Made by a program: the position numbers and the translations under genes
The notes under the pieces: model-generated
Database searches by the model: none
Seen by the model: only the letters and a program-made list of their open reading frames with translations
Told to the model about the DNA's origin: nothing
Shown here: positions 60,512 through 64,000 of the stretch, piece after piece
Position numbering within the stretch: the stretch's first letter is position 1
How the letters are laid out: each line of letters starts with the position of its first letter
Source: an uncultured Thermoanaerobaculia bacterium
Lineage (GTDB): Bacteria; Acidobacteriota; UBA4820; DSQY01
DNA length: 64,000 nt
Assembly (NCBI GenBank): GCA_964589625.1
Contig: CAZPSH010000006.1
Span: 21,922 to 85,921 of the forward strand
Direction of reading: 5' to 3'

Positions 60512-61990
60512 ATGGCCGAGACCGTGGACATCGCCGCCCTGGGCGGAGTCAAGGAAGGGGAGAAGAAGCGGCCCCGCTCCAAGGAACCCCGCCGCGAGAT
60601 CGCCTGCCAGACCGTGGAGGCGAGGATTCGGAACTATGAGGAGGTAGCCCTCGGCTACTCCGAAGCCGACGCCGTTTACGAGGCCATGCGGTGCCTCGAA
60701 TGCCCCAAGCCGCGGTGCGTCGTGGCGTGCCCCGTGCACATCGACATCCCCACCTTCATCGGCCTCATCAGCCGGGGGAAGTTCTCCGAGGCCGCGGAGG
60801 ACATACGGAAGTACAACAACCTTCCCGCCGTGTGCGGTCGCGTCTGCCCCCAGGAGAACCTCTGCGAGGCCGCCTGCATCATCAACGACACCAACAAGGG
60901 CAACCCCATCGCCATCGGGCGGCTCGAGCGCTTCTCCGCCGACTGGCAGTTCGGCCACACGGAGCGCCGCGACGTGCGCAAACAGCCCGCCACGGGCTTC
61001 AAGGTGGCCGTCCTGGGAAGCGGCCCTGCGGGCCTTTCCTGTTCGGCGGACCTCGCCAAGATGGGCCACACCGTCCACCTCTTCGAGGCCCTCCACAAAC
61101 CCGGCGGCGTCCTCATGTACGGCATCCCCGAGTTCCGCCTTCCGAAGGCCATCGTCCAGAAGGAAGTGGAGTACGTGGAGTCCCTGGGCGTGAAGATCGA
61201 GTGCAACGTGGTCGTGGGGCGGACCATGCCCGTCCAGGAAGTGCTGGACGAGTTCGACGCCGTATTCGTGGCCACGGGGGCGGGCTACCCCAACATGATG
61301 AACATCCCCGGGGAGAACTTGAACGGGGTCTACTCGGCCAACGAGTTCCTGACCCGCGTCAACCTGATGCGGGCCTGGAGCCACCCCGACGCCGGAACCC
61401 CCGTCAAGAAGCCGAAGCGCGCCGTGGTGGTGGGCGCCGGATTCACGGCCTTCGACGTGGTGCGGATCAGCCTCCGCCTGGGCGCGGAGGAGGCGCAGAT
61501 CGTCTACCGGCGGACGCGGGAGGAGATGCCCGGCCGCGGCGAGGAGATCGAGCACGCCGAGGAGGAGGGCGCCGTCTTCACCCTGCTCTCCGCGCCCGTC
61601 CGCTACATCGGCGACGAGAAGGGCTTCGTCAAGGCGGTGGAGGTCCAGCGCATGCAGTTGGGAGAGCCCGACGCATCCGGCCGCCGGCGCCCCGTCCCCA
61701 TCCCCGGCAGCAACTACATCATCGACTGCGACCTCGTGGTGGTGGCCATCGGCCAGACGCCCAACGTGCTCATCCCGTCGAGCCTCCAGGGACTCGCCAC
61801 CAAGTGGGGCTCCGTCATCAAGGTGAACCGGGAGACCTACATGACCACGGTGCCCAAGGTCTTCGCGGGAGGCGACGCCATCACCGGCGCGGCCACGGTC
61901 ATTCTCGCCACCCGCGCGGGCCGCGAGGCGGCGCGGTCCATCGACGCTTACGTGCGCGATCCGTTCCGCGCCTGGCACGCGCCCGCGTGA
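60512..61990 (+). CDS. GltD/NfnB-like NADPH-dependent oxidoreductase (glutamate-synthase small-chain family)
   Basis: Two 4Fe-4S Cys clusters (CLECPKPRCVVACP, CGRVCPQENLCEAAC), FAD GxGxxG (VLGSGPAG) and NAD(P) GxGxxA (VVGAGFTAFD). Confidence 0.85.
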   Translation: MAETVDIAALGGVKEGEKKRPRSKEPRREIACQTVEARIRNYEEVALGYSEADAVYEAMRCLECPKPRCVVACPVHIDIPTFIGLISRGKFSEAAEDIRKYNNLPAVCGRVCPQENLCEAACIINDTNKGNPIAIGRLERFSADWQFGHTERRDVRKQPATGFKVAVLGSGPAGLSCSADLAKMGHTVHLFEALHKPGGVLMYGIPEFRLPKAIVQKEVEYVESLGVKIECNVVVGRTMPVQEVLDEFDAVFVATGAGYPNMMNIPGENLNGVYSANEFLTRVNLMRAWSHPDAGTPVKKPKRAVVVGAGFTAFDVVRISLRLGAEEAQIVYRRTREEMPGRGEEIEHAEEEGAVFTLLSAPVRYIGDEKGFVKAVEVQRMQLGEPDASGRRRPVPIPGSNYIIDCDLVVVAIGQTPNVLIPSSLQGLATKWGSVIKVNRETYMTTVPKVFAGGDAITGAATVILATRAGREAARSIDAYVRDPFRAWHAPA

Positions 61991-62009
61991 TCCGGAGGAG
62001 GGGGATACC

Positions 62010-62792
62010 ATGTCGATCCGAGACGTTTTCGTCGCGTACCTGAACAGCCCCTTCGCCGAAAGCCTCGCCAAGGATTTCGAGGGCGCCAAGGCCGCCCTCC
62101 CCCCGGGCGGGGCCGCCGCGGCCTCCCTCCAGGAGGTGCTCCTCGCCGTGGCGCCGGAGGGAGACCACCCCGCCTTCACCCGCAAGTGCGGGCTCTTCCT
62201 CTCCGCCGTCTTCCAGACCCTCGAGTCGGACCAAACCCTGGACCTCTCCCCCCTGGCCGGGGCCCGCCTCGTCGGTCTCGGCACCGGCTTGAGGCGCTTC
62301 GATCTTGCGGTCAAGGGCGACCTCGGGGACTACGCGGGCGCCTACATGGAATCCGGCACCCTCACCGTCGCGGGCGACGTGGCGGACTACGCGGGAATGG
62401 GGATGCGGGGCGGCGACCTCGTCATCAAGGGCCTGGCGGAGAACCACCTGGGCCATTCCATGACGGGGGGGAGGATCCTCGTGGAGCGCAACGCCCACGA
62501 TTTCGCGGGCAACCGCATGGTGGGCGGCCAGATCATCATCCGGGGAAACGCCGGGTACTCCACGGGGTACCGCATGGGCGGGGGGACCCTGGAGGTCCGG
62601 GATCTCACGTGGGACCAAGCCGGCGAAGAGATGGTGGGAGGGCGCGTCCAAATCGGCGGGCACATCGGCCGCGAACTCGGCCTCGCCATGGCGGGGGGCG
62701 AAATCGCCCTCTCCGAATCCCACAAGGACACCCCGAGGACCAAGGCCCAGGGCGGGCGCCTGTCGGTCATCGCCAAGGGAAAGAAGGGATAG
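62010..62792 (+). CDS. GltB C-terminal-domain-like protein (GXGXG beta-helix)
   Basis: Repeated GxGxG-type motifs (GDYAGAYMESG, GMGMRGGDLVIKG, GGRILVERNAHDFAGNRMVGGQIIIRGNAG). Confidence 0.7.
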   Translation: MSIRDVFVAYLNSPFAESLAKDFEGAKAALPPGGAAAASLQEVLLAVAPEGDHPAFTRKCGLFLSAVFQTLESDQTLDLSPLAGARLVGLGTGLRRFDLAVKGDLGDYAGAYMESGTLTVAGDVADYAGMGMRGGDLVIKGLAENHLGHSMTGGRILVERNAHDFAGNRMVGGQIIIRGNAGYSTGYRMGGGTLEVRDLTWDQAGEEMVGGRVQIGGHIGRELGLAMAGGEIALSESHKDTPRTKAQGGRLSVIAKGKKG

Positions 62793-62925
62793 CCCCGCGC
62801 CGGAGGCACGGGAAGAAGGCTGCACGGCCTCCGCACGCCCTCGCCGCGGCGCATCCCCCTCCGGCTGGCACTTGCCTTGCTTGGCTGGTACTCTAGGCAC
62901 GGTGAGTATGCCACAATGACACGAA

Positions 62926-64000
62926 GCACCATTCTGATCCTCGAAGACGAAGCGGAGAACCTCCGGAGCCTGACCCGCGCCCTGGAAAAGGTCGGATTTC
63001 GGGTGGCGGGGTACCAGGATCCCATTCAAGGTCTGCGCCATCTCCAGGAGCAGGGCGGAGTGGATCTCGTCCTCACGGACCTCCGCATGCCCGGCATGGA
63101 CGGCATGGAGGTGCTCAAGCGGGTCAAGCAGGCGGAACCCACCCTGCCCGTCCTGCTCATCACGGCCTTCGGCTCCGTGGAGTCCGCCGTGGAGGCCATG
63201 AAAGTGGGCGCCGACGACTACCTGGCCAAGCCCGTGGACCTCTACGAGCTGCGCCGCCGGGTCCAGGCCCTGGTGGAACGGCGGCGCCTGAGCGTGGAGG
63301 TGGACGAGCTCAAGGCCCGGCTGGACGAGCGATTCGGGTTCGAGAACATCGTCGGGTCCTCTCCCCCCATGCGCGAGCTCTTCGACCAGATCCGCATGGT
63401 GGCCCCCACCCGCGCCACGGTCCTCATCCGGGGAGAATCGGGCACGGGGAAGGAGCTCATCGCAAACGCCATCCACCAGAACTCGGACCGCAAGCGGGGA
63501 CGGTTCCTTCCCATCAACTGCGCGGCCATTCCCGCCACCCTCATGGAGAGCGAACTCTTCGGCCACGAGAAGGGCTCCTTCACCGGGGCCGACCGGGCAC
63601 ACCCCGGGAAGTTCGAACAGGCCCACGGCGGGACCCTGTTCCTCGACGAGATCGGAGAACTCAGCCTGGACCTCCAGGCCAAGCTCCTGCGCGTGCTCGA
63701 AGAGAAGACGGTGACCCGCGTCGGCGGAACCCAGGGCATCCCGGTGGACGCCCGCATCCTCACGGCCACGAACCGCGACCTCCACCGCTTGGCGGCGGAG
63801 GGGCGCTTCCGGGAGGACCTGCTCTACCGGTTGAAGGTGGTGGAACTGCGGATCCCCCCGCTGCGTGAGCGCGGCGAGGACATCCCCCGCCTGGCGCACA
63901 CCTTCGTGGCCCAACTGGCCCGAGAATACGGCAAGCCCATCGCGGGGATCTCCCCGGAGGTCCTCCAGGCGCTGTCGGCCTTTCCCTGGCCCGGGAACGT
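62926..64000 (+). CDS. Sigma-54-dependent response regulator (NtrC family); 3' end truncated by the window
   Basis: REC domain (DLVLTDLRMPGMDG), AAA+ domain with GESGTGKE Walker A and GAFTGA-like ESELFGHEKGSFTGA. Confidence 0.9.

Noticed and set aside
62186-62896. 236-aa alternative-frame ORF overlapping the GXGXG-domain gene
   Set aside because: Arg/Pro/Gly-rich translation without motifs; the overlapping frame (62010-62792) has clear GltB-domain repeats.

Overview
High-GC (~68%) bacterial chromosomal window. The lineage looks Acidobacteria-like, judging from the carboxypeptidase-regulatory-domain TonB-type outer-membrane receptors. Most of the window is conserved core genome on the minus strand: the tufB tRNA cluster (tRNA-Thr(TGT), tRNA-Tyr, tRNA-Gly, tRNA-Thr(GGT), tuf), rpmG, tRNA-Trp, secE, nusG, rplK, rplA, rplJ, rplL, rpoB, rpoC, tRNA-Ser, and further on serS, pdxA, an hfq-like gene, ricT, accA, dnaE, guaA, dus, surA-like genes, mfd, hldC, plsY, gpsA and rsgA. 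The accessory content is at the left end. (i) A leader-controlled, translationally coupled operon encodes lysine 2,3-aminomutase (KamA/AblA), two paralogous D-Ala-D-Ala-ligase-family ATP-grasp ligases and a GNAT acetyltransferase (296-4185). I consider this the best candidate for an undescribed pathway, making an N-acylated beta-lysine-containing peptide or osmolyte. (ii) An operon at 5888-13156 encodes an ECF sigma factor, a zinc-finger anti-sigma factor, a Spy/ZraP-like periplasmic protein, and a TolC / membrane-fusion / MacB-type ABC exporter with two FtsX permeases. Other notable points: a GGATTTC heptamer-repeat element occurs at two loci; three tRNA genes (Ser, Gly, Trp) are each followed 120-270 bp downstream by a duplicate of their own 3' end, which looks like att-site relics; a TonB-dependent receptor has an adjacent truncated and frameshifted paralog; a divergent Hfq-like protein carries an N-terminal extension; and at the right end an NfnAB/GltD-like oxidoreductase set sits beside a sigma-54 activator. 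No rRNA, CRISPR array or intact mobile element was seen. Many long antisense shadow ORFs are present, as expected at this GC content, and are not reported as genes.
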